In this document: piece by piece, positions 29,466 to 39,228 of the stretch
Layout of the letters: every line of letters starts with the position of its first letter
How positions within the stretch are numbered: the first letter of the stretch is position 1
Assembly: GCA_030603365.1 (NCBI GenBank)
Contig: JAUVXV010000012.1
Span: forward strand, 70,462 to 134,461
From: Candidatus Heimdallarchaeota archaeon
GTDB taxonomy: Archaea > Asgardarchaeota > Heimdallarchaeia > Heimdallarchaeales > Heimdallarchaeaceae
Length of the DNA stretch: 64,000 nt
Reading direction: 5' to 3'
Position numbers and translations under genes: made by a program
The notes under the pieces: generated by a model
Database searches by the model: none
The model's input: only the letters and a program-made list of their open reading frames with translations
Told to the model about the DNA's origin: nothing

Positions 29466-30083
29466 ATGTATTCCAAAGCAGTAGTAATCAGGGGAGACAT
29501 GATAAAATCTAGAGAAGCTCTAGAGAAAGCAGAATATTGGAAGAAATTGGATCAAGTTATTTCCAAAATCAACAGAAAATTCAAGAAACAGCTTTTATCC
29601 AAATTTGAAATCTTCAAAGGTGATGAAATAACGGGAATGTGTGAAAATCTCAAAATCGCATATATTATTGTATCACAAATTTTTGAGTATTTGCATCCCT
29701 TAAAAATAAGAATGGTACTATCTAAAGGGGATATTGATCAGAAAAGACAAACTGAGAACCTAAATGAACAAGCTGGCGAAGTATTTTGGAATGCATCAGC
29801 AGCAATGAATGAACTGAAAAGATCTAAAAGATACATTAGATTCACAACTAAGAATGACCTAAATGATTCAATTTTGACTAATTTAGCAGACATTGTGACT
29901 GAATTGAAATATGATTGGACTGAAAAAGAAAAGGAAATCATAACATTTTATGAAGAATTTGAAAATCAGAACAGAGTAGCCAAAAAGATGCGTATCTCTC
30001 AGCAATCAGTTTCAGATGGATTAAGAAGAGCCAGGTACAAACAAATAAGAGATGCTGAAGAAGCATTGATAGAATTTATATGA
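29466..30083 (+). CDS. SatD family protein (cyclase-like N-domain plus C-terminal HTH)
   Basis: GDM..SR, F.I.KGDEI, G..F..A..A, WT..E, Q..VA..M.ISQQSVS..L.RA. Confidence 0.85.
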   Translation: MYSKAVVIRGDMIKSREALEKAEYWKKLDQVISKINRKFKKQLLSKFEIFKGDEITGMCENLKIAYIIVSQIFEYLHPLKIRMVLSKGDIDQKRQTENLNEQAGEVFWNASAAMNELKRSKRYIRFTTKNDLNDSILTNLADIVTELKYDWTEKEKEIITFYEEFENQNRVAKKMRISQQSVSDGLRRARYKQIRDAEEALIEFI

Positions 30084-30535
30084 TATATAACGATTTAGTA
30101 GTATATTGCTTTACTATACTGGATAGATTTATTGATTTTAGCAGGTGGATTACTTATTACATGTTAGCAACCCATTTTACAGTTGAATTAACGACAGGAT
30201 ACATTGATAGAACTGGATTGAAAGATAAGAAGAAAGTAGAAGAGAAAACTGAAGAACAACTCATTCTAGAGAGAAAACGAAGAAAGGCAGGTTTAATTGT
30301 TAGTCGTTGCGAGAACATTCTTATTCTAACTTTTATGCACCTCAATGAAGTAACAGCACTTGTAATCATTATTGGTATAAAAGGACTTGTTAGAAGAGAA
30401 GACATAGAGAAGAAACCGGGATATTATCTAGTAGGTACAATTCTTAACCTGACAATTTCAATACTATTAGGATTATTGATAAAAGTACTAATCATGAAAT
30501 ACGGAAACTTACCTCTCCACCTAAGTAAAGCATAA
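30080..30535 (+). CDS. Small membrane protein translationally coupled to satD (DUF3307/SatE-like)
   Basis: ATGA overlap; AG..V...E..L, K.L.R, YYLVGT..N motifs. Confidence 0.7.
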   Translation: MIYNDLVVYCFTILDRFIDFSRWITYYMLATHFTVELTTGYIDRTGLKDKKKVEEKTEEQLILERKRRKAGLIVSRCENILILTFMHLNEVTALVIIIGIKGLVRREDIEKKPGYYLVGTILNLTISILLGLLIKVLIMKYGNLPLHLSKA

Positions 30536-30551
30536 CCAGCTTAAGTTTATT

Positions 30552-32816
30552 TCATTTCTTACTTCTTTTTCTAAATTTTTTGAGACTTATAGATACAACT
30601 GTAATAACTGCAGACATGATAATAATGGAATAAGAATCTATAGTTATAAACGAGTTTGTATCTATATTTGGTATGAAATCAATTATGAAACTTCTAGTTG
30701 GGGTTCTCTTAGACTCATTATAGATGTTCGTATACTCAACATAGTATTCTATTTTAGTTCCATTTGTGAATTCTGAACCGATATTAAGAGAATAAATACT
30801 TTCAGATTCCTTAATCATGCTAGATGAGTTGAACCCCTCATCATTCTGTTCATAAAATAAAACTACTGGATCAATACCTAAATCTCCAGAACAATTGAAT
30901 TGTATAGTTATATCTTTGTCACTCGCTTCAGCATTTAGAATATTGAAAGAATATTCAGGTAACCCATAACTATCTCTTAACCATTCTTCAGCTAATTCAG
31001 GATTGTAATCATACTTGATGATATCATTATAGTAATAATATGAAGTATAAGGATAAAGAACACTATGAGCAACTAAGTATTCTCCATCATGTAGTATTTG
31101 GTTCATTTCATCTCTATTAATTGCGTAGCAGATTGCTTTACGAATTCCAACGGCACGTGTATAATCTTCTTTTCCCTCTGTTTCCATGAAGATAAAATTA
31201 TCTACCCCACCAATAAATGGTCTTCTCAAATTGAATGCCATAAATGTAAGACTGTTTGATAGTTTCTGATAAACTGTGAATCTGGGATCAGTTTCCATAT
31301 TTTTCCTTTCAGCTGGGAATGCAGTTATACGTGTCCAATCAAGTTTCCCTGCCTTGAATTCCATAAGTTCTGCAGAAGTATCAGGAATAACTCTAACATT
31401 AATTGTTTCAACAAAAGGAACCAAACCGGCTTGACCATCAAATGCACCAACTCCAAACCAGTATGGGCTTTGCTTTAGAACTGTTATTGAGTTTTGAATG
31501 TAGTAATCTAACATATACTTACCACAACCAAATGCAGAAGTACTGAATGCTAACCATTGATCAGTATTGATGATTTGCGAATACAATCCTTTGCACTCTA
31601 TTCCACTCTCAGTATATGTGATTTCAAGTAAGGTAGAATTGAGGAAAAACTCTGGTAGAATACTACTAGTCATTCTACTCCAGAAGTCAACATAATAATC
31701 TGGTTCTGCTGTTTCTGGAATTCCATCAATATGTATATGAAACGCTAAAGGATCAAATGGATCAACGTAACAATCTGAAATCCATTCATGCCCTATTGTT
31801 TCTTCACTCACAGCTTGATTACCCCAACAAAGAAATGTAAAAACAGCATCTTTAGCAGTAACTTGTTGATTAGTGCCATTACTGTAATTTCCTTTAAGCC
31901 CAACCATCAATTGATTGATATCTGATGAATTCAAAGGAGAAGATCCTGAAGTTCTTCCTGTGACATTAAAAGATGGGTTCCAATACACTTCATCTCTCAT
32001 ATAGAATTTGAAATGGAAGTCATCAATTTTTTCCCAATTATCTATTAAACCATTCTTTACAGGAGCAAGATCTGGACTGAATTGTAGGATTGGTTCAGCC
32101 ATTAAACTCCAGATGAATGAACTAGAAGTATCGTCAGTAAAAAGAGGATTGAGTTCTCTCCAGTTTGCATCAGCTAGGTTGAACTCATTTAATGATACTT
32201 GACCTTCATGATAGCCATCATATGACATATATGGTAAACAGTTAACAATACCCCATCTGGCATCATAACCAAGCGTATTTGCCCAAGTTACAGAATAAGA
32301 ATTAGGTGAGTACAAAGGTAACATGGGTACGATTTTATCCATCATAAGTTGTTGCCAATCATAATAAAGCTGTTGTCTAACTTCAAGATCAGTAATAGTT
32401 ACACCAAGATCTTGCATTTGCTCACTTTGGTTACCATATGGTAAGTCTGGACCTAATCTAAAAATATTCAAAGTTCCATCTTCTGTATAGAGCTCTCTCA
32501 TATCTGGAGATGCTCCACCTCCAGAAATACCAACAATTCCTAAATCCCAATCATTTAAACTCCAGGGATCCCACGGCCAGGACCACTCTTGCACTTTGAC
32601 TTCTACATCTATGCCAATCTCTCTCAGATACATTGCTATGTATAACCCATAATCTGGTCTAACACCACCACCATAAGTTTCCAAAACAAGATTGGCAATT
32701 GGTTGATTTATTTCAGAGAATATAATAGAAGGAGTTATGGAAATTGCACTTAAACTTGTTATAAAAACTAAAGTTATTATTAATCTCATCTTATTTCTTG
32801 AAACTGTTTTTCCCAT
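30552..32816 (-). CDS. Family-5 solute-binding protein, circularly permuted, extra Ig-like domain and C-terminal TM (copy 2)
   Basis: Same motif set and order as copy 1. Confidence 0.88.
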   Translation of the reverse strand: MGKTVSRNKMRLIITLVFITSLSAISITPSIIFSEINQPIANLVLETYGGGVRPDYGLYIAMYLREIGIDVEVKVQEWSWPWDPWSLNDWDLGIVGISGGGASPDMRELYTEDGTLNIFRLGPDLPYGNQSEQMQDLGVTITDLEVRQQLYYDWQQLMMDKIVPMLPLYSPNSYSVTWANTLGYDARWGIVNCLPYMSYDGYHEGQVSLNEFNLADANWRELNPLFTDDTSSSFIWSLMAEPILQFSPDLAPVKNGLIDNWEKIDDFHFKFYMRDEVYWNPSFNVTGRTSGSSPLNSSDINQLMVGLKGNYSNGTNQQVTAKDAVFTFLCWGNQAVSEETIGHEWISDCYVDPFDPLAFHIHIDGIPETAEPDYYVDFWSRMTSSILPEFFLNSTLLEITYTESGIECKGLYSQIINTDQWLAFSTSAFGCGKYMLDYYIQNSITVLKQSPYWFGVGAFDGQAGLVPFVETINVRVIPDTSAELMEFKAGKLDWTRITAFPAERKNMETDPRFTVYQKLSNSLTFMAFNLRRPFIGGVDNFIFMETEGKEDYTRAVGIRKAICYAINRDEMNQILHDGEYLVAHSVLYPYTSYYYYNDIIKYDYNPELAEEWLRDSYGLPEYSFNILNAEASDKDITIQFNCSGDLGIDPVVLFYEQNDEGFNSSSMIKESESIYSLNIGSEFTNGTKIEYYVEYTNIYNESKRTPTRSFIIDFIPNIDTNSFITIDSYSIIIMSAVITVVSISLKKFRKRSKK

Positions 32817-32946
32817 ATCATATTTCACCTATAATTTTCTCTTGTATCTCAATTATCACTTTACAAATAATAATAGTAAAAATAATTATTAACACTAGCT
32901 TAAGATTGTTTCATGACTGTTTTTTGACATTCTTAGGATTGTTAAG

Positions 32947-35175
32947 CTAAGTTGCCAATTTTCTTTTTTTTGCAATTAAATACGGTATTAAAAGAATTAA
33001 ACCAAATAGGGAGAAAGATATAGTTACTGATGGTAAAGTTGTATATTCCGTTCCTACTATAAAGAAATAATCAATTGAAATAAACTGCCCTACTTTTGCT
33101 GTTGCAATTTTAAGATAAAACGTCACATTATCAGTGATGTTGAAAGATGAGCCAAAGTTGTATACAAACACATTGTCATTTTCTTCGTTCATACTGTGCT
33201 CTTGCCAGTTATTACTATTAATTTTGTAGCGAACAACTGTGCTGACTACATCAGCTGAATCCCCATAATCAATAGTCAGGGTTATGTTATCATGAAAGTT
33301 ATTCTTATTTTCAATATCAACAGTAAAATCAGGAATACCTCCAAGAACTGCGCCTAACCACTCTTTTGATTTATCAAGATTGAAATCATATTTGATAATA
33401 TCATTGTAATAATAATATGCAGTATAAGGAAAGAGGACACTATGAGCAATTAGATATTCACCGTTATGTAGTATCTGATTCATTTCATCTCTATCGATTG
33501 CATAACATATGGCTTTACGAATAGCAACACCAACAGTATAATTCTCTTTACCTGGTTCGTTCAACCATTCAAAATTGCCAGTACCACCTATCAGAGGTCT
33601 TCGAATATCGAAAGCTAAAACTCTCAAACTATTTGAGATGAAGGTTTGAATATCATATGTAGGATCACCCCAAGGATCCGATAATGAACTCACTTGGTCT
33701 GCACTACACCAATCTAGTTTACCTTCTACAAATTCGTTGAATTGATCTATTTCATTAGATATAATTAGAATATTTATAGTTTCAATATCTAAGTCTTGAG
33801 TTGTACCATCAATACCTCCAATACCTAGCCAGTTAGGATTTTTTCTTAGAACAGTGATAGAATCTTTAATAGAATAATCTAGCATATACTTTCCACATCC
33901 AAATGCAGAATAAGAATAATTGCTCCACTGTGGAGTCTCAACAATTTCTGGATAAAGTCCTCTACATTCAGCGCCTCCATCTGTATAAGTGATATCTGAT
34001 CTTGAGGAATTTAAAAAGAATTCAGGTAGAAAACCAACATTCATTTTAGACCAAAAATCAACATAGTGTTCATTTTGTGGCGTATCTGGGAGACCATCTA
34101 TGTGAAGGTGGAAAACTAGAGGATCAACTGGATCAACATATAAATCTGATATCCAGTCATAGGAGTGAGATTCCTCATTTAGAAGGTTGCTCGCCCAGTA
34201 GGAAAGCGTAAAAACTGCGTCTTTCGCAGTTACTTGTTGATTTGTACCATCACTAGTCTCATTATTCTTAAGTCCCTTCATAAGCTGTTCAGCAGGTACA
34301 GCGCTTAATGGGATAGATCCTTCATCTCTTTCTGTTGTATTGTAAGATGGGTTCCAATAAACATTGTCTCTCAAATAGAATTTATAATGAAAATCTTCCA
34401 CTTCTTCCCAATCAAAAACTATACCAGTTATTAGTGGAACTAGATCGGGACTAAACTGTAAAACAGGTTCAGATACAAGATCCCAAATTAATTCTTCAGA
34501 TTCATCATTAATTCGAGATGGAAGAAGATCCCCCCAATTATTCCCATGCATATTGAATTCAGTAAGAGATGTTTGACCTTCGTGATAACCTTCATATTCC
34601 ATGTAAGGTAAGGAACCTGCAATTCCCCATCTTCCTTCATAGCCTAAGGTATTACCCCATGTTGCTACATACTTTCTCTGTGCATACAGTGGTAACATTG
34701 GAACTATTTTATCCATCATCAATTCTTGCCAATCATAATAGTGCTGTTGTCTTTGATTCAAATCTGTAATGTTAATTCCTTCTTGCTGCATCTGCTCACT
34801 AAGAGCACCATAAGGAATATCAGGAGCAAGAAGGAAAATATTCTTTGAACCTCCATCAGTGTAATACTCCCTCATATCAGGGGAATCACCGTCATCCTCA
34901 AAATCAACAATCCGCATATCAAAACTAGGCAAACTGGGTATACCTGGAAATACAGACCATTCTTCTGTTTTAACTTCAATATTCATTCCAATATCTCCAA
35001 GATATTGAGCAATGTAAAACCCATAATCAGGCATAACTCCCCCTCCTTCTACCATTAGAACGAAATTGGCAAAAATAGATTTGGATAAATCAATCTCACT
35101 ATTTACATAATTCATAGGAGTACTCAAGAAGGCTATTATCAATAGCGTGCATAGGATTTTTCGTCTGCAAACCAA
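32947..35175 (-). CDS. Family-5 solute-binding protein, circularly permuted, extra Ig-like domain and C-terminal TM (copy 3, most diverged)
   Basis: Same motif order; VTAKDAVFT, IRKAICYAIDR. Confidence 0.87.
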   Translation of the reverse strand: MVCRRKILCTLLIIAFLSTPMNYVNSEIDLSKSIFANFVLMVEGGGVMPDYGFYIAQYLGDIGMNIEVKTEEWSVFPGIPSLPSFDMRIVDFEDDGDSPDMREYYTDGGSKNIFLLAPDIPYGALSEQMQQEGINITDLNQRQQHYYDWQELMMDKIVPMLPLYAQRKYVATWGNTLGYEGRWGIAGSLPYMEYEGYHEGQTSLTEFNMHGNNWGDLLPSRINDESEELIWDLVSEPVLQFSPDLVPLITGIVFDWEEVEDFHYKFYLRDNVYWNPSYNTTERDEGSIPLSAVPAEQLMKGLKNNETSDGTNQQVTAKDAVFTLSYWASNLLNEESHSYDWISDLYVDPVDPLVFHLHIDGLPDTPQNEHYVDFWSKMNVGFLPEFFLNSSRSDITYTDGGAECRGLYPEIVETPQWSNYSYSAFGCGKYMLDYSIKDSITVLRKNPNWLGIGGIDGTTQDLDIETINILIISNEIDQFNEFVEGKLDWCSADQVSSLSDPWGDPTYDIQTFISNSLRVLAFDIRRPLIGGTGNFEWLNEPGKENYTVGVAIRKAICYAIDRDEMNQILHNGEYLIAHSVLFPYTAYYYYNDIIKYDFNLDKSKEWLGAVLGGIPDFTVDIENKNNFHDNITLTIDYGDSADVVSTVVRYKINSNNWQEHSMNEENDNVFVYNFGSSFNITDNVTFYLKIATAKVGQFISIDYFFIVGTEYTTLPSVTISFSLFGLILLIPYLIAKKRKLAT

Positions 35176-35245
35176 TTTAATCCCAACGATAGATTGCTAT
35201 ATTGTATGTATACACATTAATAACTATTTCTCGTATGAGGGTCTT

Positions 35246-36667
35246 TCACTTAAGTTTTCTCTTTTTTCTGAGGATTACTCTGACAGCAATTAAAGCAATA
35301 ATAGATGTAAATGTAACAAAAATCTCCCATTCTACTCTTGCAAAAAATTCAGTGATATATTCTGAAGGTGTAATTTGGTAGAAGTAATTGTTTGGTACAA
35401 CTGTAATTACTGGAGTTATAGGATTGCCATACGCATCAACATTCCAAATCATAATCTGAAATCCATTATTACCATCATTAACAAGCCAACTAAACCAAAG
35501 AGAAGTATCTATAGCTTCTTCACATCTAAAACTAAATACTGCTGGACCATGATCGTAAGAATCATTTTTAGCAATTGTTAAAATGTGTCTTTCTTCTAAT
35601 AAAATGAAATTGTCTAATGTAACTACTCCATAATTGAAGAATGCATCTTGTTGAGCACAACTGTCTTGATTGATTCTCATTCTATAAACAACGGATCTAT
35701 TTCTAGATAAGAAATCTGTATATGGGTTCTCAAAACCTATTACTGCATCATCAATAACATTGCCTGATAAATCAATTTGTTTACAGATTAGTATATCGAT
35801 ATCAGGTCCGACTGATTTATGAGAATAATATGAAACATACAAATCACCTTCAGTTAGTATCAGGAATGGATCAAGTAGCATTTTTTCTTCATCTGAATCA
35901 ATGAGTTTGTGAGTGATAAGACTAATTGAAGAAGTATCATACTGTAATCTAAAGAAATAGATATAGTCATAAGAATCTAGTGAAACGAAGAAAACGTTCA
36001 AATCTTCATCCAATTCAAATGATACTGGCCTGTTCATATCTAGTGGTTCAAAATTGTAATAGTCGAGAATATTACCATTGTTATCTAACAACAGATAGTA
36101 GTATTCGCAACACAACAGATGAATATTATTCTGTAGATCAAATTTAATTTCTACTACAGCATCAATAAATGGACTTGTACCCCAACCAGACATAGTATAG
36201 TTGAAAATTTCTGTATTATCAATTATTGTTTCTAAATTTGAGTTCATTTTTCTATAATAGATGAAACCTTCTTGGGGGTTATCATAATTCATAACATACC
36301 AGAAAAGATGTAGGTTGTCTTGAGAATCTACTACAAGATTAGAATCATAGAATGCAATAGTTTCTTCAGTGACATCAGACCTATTGATTGCTACAAATTT
36401 ATCGACCACTAAGGAACCATTCGGTAATACTTCCTGAATGTAAATTATATCATCACTCCCATAATTATCAGAATATATATTCTCTTGCCAAAGCACGAAA
36501 ACTTGATTTTGGCTAGTACAAGCAATGAAAGGATTGCTTAGATCAGCTGTTGCACCAGTAACAGCTATTGTTGTACCTGTGTCACTTAAAACAAGATAAG
36601 TATTCAAATTATATGTCAAAGCACAACTAAAAACAAGAATTACGAATAAGGGAACTATCTTTTTCAT
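35246..36667 (-). CDS. Exported beta-rich (propeller-like) protein with C-terminal TM anchor
   Basis: Signal peptide; repeats VDSQDNLHLFW / FDLQNNIHL / LDEDLNVFF; tail ending RKKRKLK. Confidence 0.7.
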   Translation of the reverse strand: MKKIVPLFVILVFSCALTYNLNTYLVLSDTGTTIAVTGATADLSNPFIACTSQNQVFVLWQENIYSDNYGSDDIIYIQEVLPNGSLVVDKFVAINRSDVTEETIAFYDSNLVVDSQDNLHLFWYVMNYDNPQEGFIYYRKMNSNLETIIDNTEIFNYTMSGWGTSPFIDAVVEIKFDLQNNIHLLCCEYYYLLLDNNGNILDYYNFEPLDMNRPVSFELDEDLNVFFVSLDSYDYIYFFRLQYDTSSISLITHKLIDSDEEKMLLDPFLILTEGDLYVSYYSHKSVGPDIDILICKQIDLSGNVIDDAVIGFENPYTDFLSRNRSVVYRMRINQDSCAQQDAFFNYGVVTLDNFILLEERHILTIAKNDSYDHGPAVFSFRCEEAIDTSLWFSWLVNDGNNGFQIMIWNVDAYGNPITPVITVVPNNYFYQITPSEYITEFFARVEWEIFVTFTSIIALIAVRVILRKKRKLK

Positions 36668-36668
36668 T

Positions 36669-37304
36669 TTATTGTCCTCTTTTCTTCTTATATAAAGAAA
36701 ATATACACATATTTATAGCTAAAAATAAATATAACTCTTCAAGTACCAGAGTTGTGGTAAATGGAGTGCTAAATTCTATTTCGAGACCTTGAAAAAAGAC
36801 CCCTGTTGAATTGTAAGTGAGAGTTGCATTATAACTGATTACATCGAAAGTGGTTGTGTATGCATCTAATTCAGACCAGACAGTTATTTCTCCGAAAGGG
36901 GGAAGAGTATTATTGTAATCCGATATCCAGAAACTATGTCCAGCTGAGAGATTTGTATAGCCTGAAGAGATTACATGACCTGTAATCACACAAAGTCCTG
37001 GAGCTCCTTCATATTCACCATAGAATCCCTCTAGATCAACAATCATATGTGGATCTAACAAATTAGAATGTGGAGTAGTAACAGTCTTATTTTCACCTGG
37101 GTTCCATATTTCTACCAAAAAACCTATTCCGAAAGCTGTATAATTTTCCCAGAAGTAATAAGAAGGTGGCCAAGTCACGTCTGTTATTCTAATGTGAATA
37201 GTATCATTATCGTTTGCTTTTAGTAAAGAAGGAGAGAAAATAAGTAAAGATACGAAAAATAAAGCCAATGATATCTTCTTTATCTCTTTTGCATACAGAA
37301 ACAT
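36669..37304 (-). CDS. Exported protein with C-terminal TM anchor
   Basis: Signal peptide, beta-rich core, hydrophobic tail ending KKKRGQ. Confidence 0.7.
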   Translation of the reverse strand: MFLYAKEIKKISLALFFVSLLIFSPSLLKANDNDTIHIRITDVTWPPSYYFWENYTAFGIGFLVEIWNPGENKTVTTPHSNLLDPHMIVDLEGFYGEYEGAPGLCVITGHVISSGYTNLSAGHSFWISDYNNTLPPFGEITVWSELDAYTTTFDVISYNATLTYNSTGVFFQGLEIEFSTPFTTTLVLEELYLFLAINMCIFSLYKKKRGQ

Positions 37305-37667
37305 AACAGTTTACTATATGTGCTAAAGCATTTATGTATTTTTTCCCAACAGAGATGGAACTTTTCTCTGTATAAATTGAAGTAAGTCAATAACATGTTA
37401 AAATGAGCAGAAACCTATTTTTTTGGGTTTTCCATTCTAATCCACTAAGAAAGCAGATTCTTTGTGAAATAGAACACATAGTAAAAAAAATCGCAGATTT
37501 CGAATATATGAAAATCTTAGATATACAAAATTAAATTAAAAAAATTATTATTAAATATCAATTTAGTTTTAAATAAATATATTTTACTTTAAATAACAAT
37601 TATATTGATGTTCTTATAAATAGAAAGATTATTAAATAGTCAAAGGCATTATTTATTTGTAAAAATA

Positions 37668-37774
37668 ATCCACTTATGTGGATGCAAAGCTGTTAGAATC
37701 TTAAATTTCGTTTGACAGTCACTGTGAAAATCGCTGTCTACTTGCGTCACATCAAGGGAAAAATGACCTTTGAT
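37668..37774 (+). ncRNA. Candidate structured leader RNA upstream of Zn-finger gene
   Basis: Five hand-found helices including a three-way junction; GC-richer than flanks. Confidence 0.35.
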
Positions 37775-37831
37775 TAATTTAGATTACATATCACAATTAT
37801 ATCTAATTTAAGTTAAAAAGTTAAAAAAGGA

Positions 37832-38083
37832 TTGAATCTAAAAGGAGGTGTATCAATTCTGAAATGCAACCATGAATGCTCTGATTGTGGAGAAACCTGG
37901 GTATGCTCCGTTAATTATTACTCAAATTACCATTCTTTAACAACAGAAGTTAATCACGGATATTACTGTAATTCGTACTGCCCAAGTTGTAAAGAAGAAG
38001 AACGGAGTACTCTTGATGCTCTCTTCAATAAGACTGATCAATATGGGTATACTCGCTCAGTTAGTAAACAAATAGTCAGATAG
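37832..38083 (+). CDS. Small Cys/His-rich Zn-finger protein
   Basis: CNHECSDC...C...HGYYCNSYCPSC; strong SD AAGGAGGTG at 37842-37850 suggests the real start is ATT 37856 or CTG 37859. Confidence 0.65.
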   Translation: MNLKGGVSILKCNHECSDCGETWVCSVNYYSNYHSLTTEVNHGYYCNSYCPSCKEEERSTLDALFNKTDQYGYTRSVSKQIVR

Positions 38084-38131
38084 CAGATTTATTTGATACT
38101 ATTCAAAGTGTAAGATTTTCGAAAACAGGAA

Positions 38132-39154
38132 TTAAAGTGTACAAAATCCTATGGTCTTGGGTTTTCCATTTAAATCTACAAGAAAAGCAGGTTCTTCATG
38201 AAAGAACACAATTTCCTTTTCTAATTTAAGTTTGATAAGATAAATATCTTTATCTTTTTCCTTAGCTGGAGTGTATGCAAGAATCCTTGCAGGAACAGCC
38301 TGTAATCCGATTATTAAGTGTCTCATTTTTCCTTCTTCTGGTAACTTAGAATAAGGAGCAATTTCTAATCTCACCTCAATTTCCGAAGTAATTGTCCAAC
38401 TGACATTAGTGGATAGAATAAAACCTCTTTCTACGTCCTTTGGTAACAACCCTCTAAGTGCTAGACCTACTCGTTGTCCATTTTCTCCAGAATTATAATT
38501 CACATCGTTTATTTGAATAGAGCGTAGAACACAATTTCGTTTTGATGGAAAAGCATGTAGAGTTTCTCCTCTAGTTATTGTACCAGATCTTACTCTCCCA
38601 AGTATAACTGTACCAACACCAGTAACTGGAAAAACATGGTCAACATCTACTCTAGAATGATCTCCTGAAGCCCAGTGCTGTTCCATTCTACTATCATATT
38701 TTTGTAATATCAAATCCTTAAGCTGAGAGAGACTTTCTACTTTTGAAAGATCGATATCCAAAATAGGATATTCTCCAATGATCATATTCTTGAAAAGTTT
38801 ACGGAAATTTCCCGATACTTCTTCAACGTTAATCTAATCACCCTGATGAACAACTGCAACAATGCTATTTCTAAATTTAAGAGCATCCAGAAGAATACCA
38901 AATTCTCCAGTATGTACATCTATACCAGAGGAAGAAATAAGAATTATAGGCACATCTGTCATCAAGATTGTTTAAAAAAGAACAAGAGGTTTATCGGGGT
39001 ATCTTAGTGGATCAACCACTTCTAAACAAAACTCTTTGTCATAACTATATAAACAGATATCGGAACTTGTAGCTTTCTTACCTAATTGTTTAGCTAATTT
39101 TTCTCTTAGGTCTGGATCACTACCTAGAAGATAAGTGCATATAGTTTTAGTCAT
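38132..39154 (-). pseudogene. Archaeal SelB-like elongation factor (aSelBL/MM1309 family) with two in-frame stops (TAA 38972-38974, TAG 38834-38836)
   Basis: One frame, 340 codons: LGKKATSSDI..Y.DKE, YP, GIDVHTGE..I.LD.L, VDHVFPVTGVGTV.LG, RSIQ..D, RVGLAL, RGF. Confidence 0.85.
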
Positions 39155-39228
39155 TCCAAGCTGAATGAAAATAATCAGTATAAAAAAATAATTCTATTAG
39201 AGATTAAGATAATAGTTTAGGTTCTATC

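Noticed and set aside
37403-37534. 43-codon ORF MSRNLFFWVF...
   Set aside because: No RBS or recognisable features; expected by chance in AT-rich DNA
38132-39154. Selenocysteine system (SelB, SECIS, in-frame TGA)
   Set aside because: The factor is the short aSelBL type, the stops are TAA/TAG rather than TGA, and I saw no selenoprotein or tRNA-Sec
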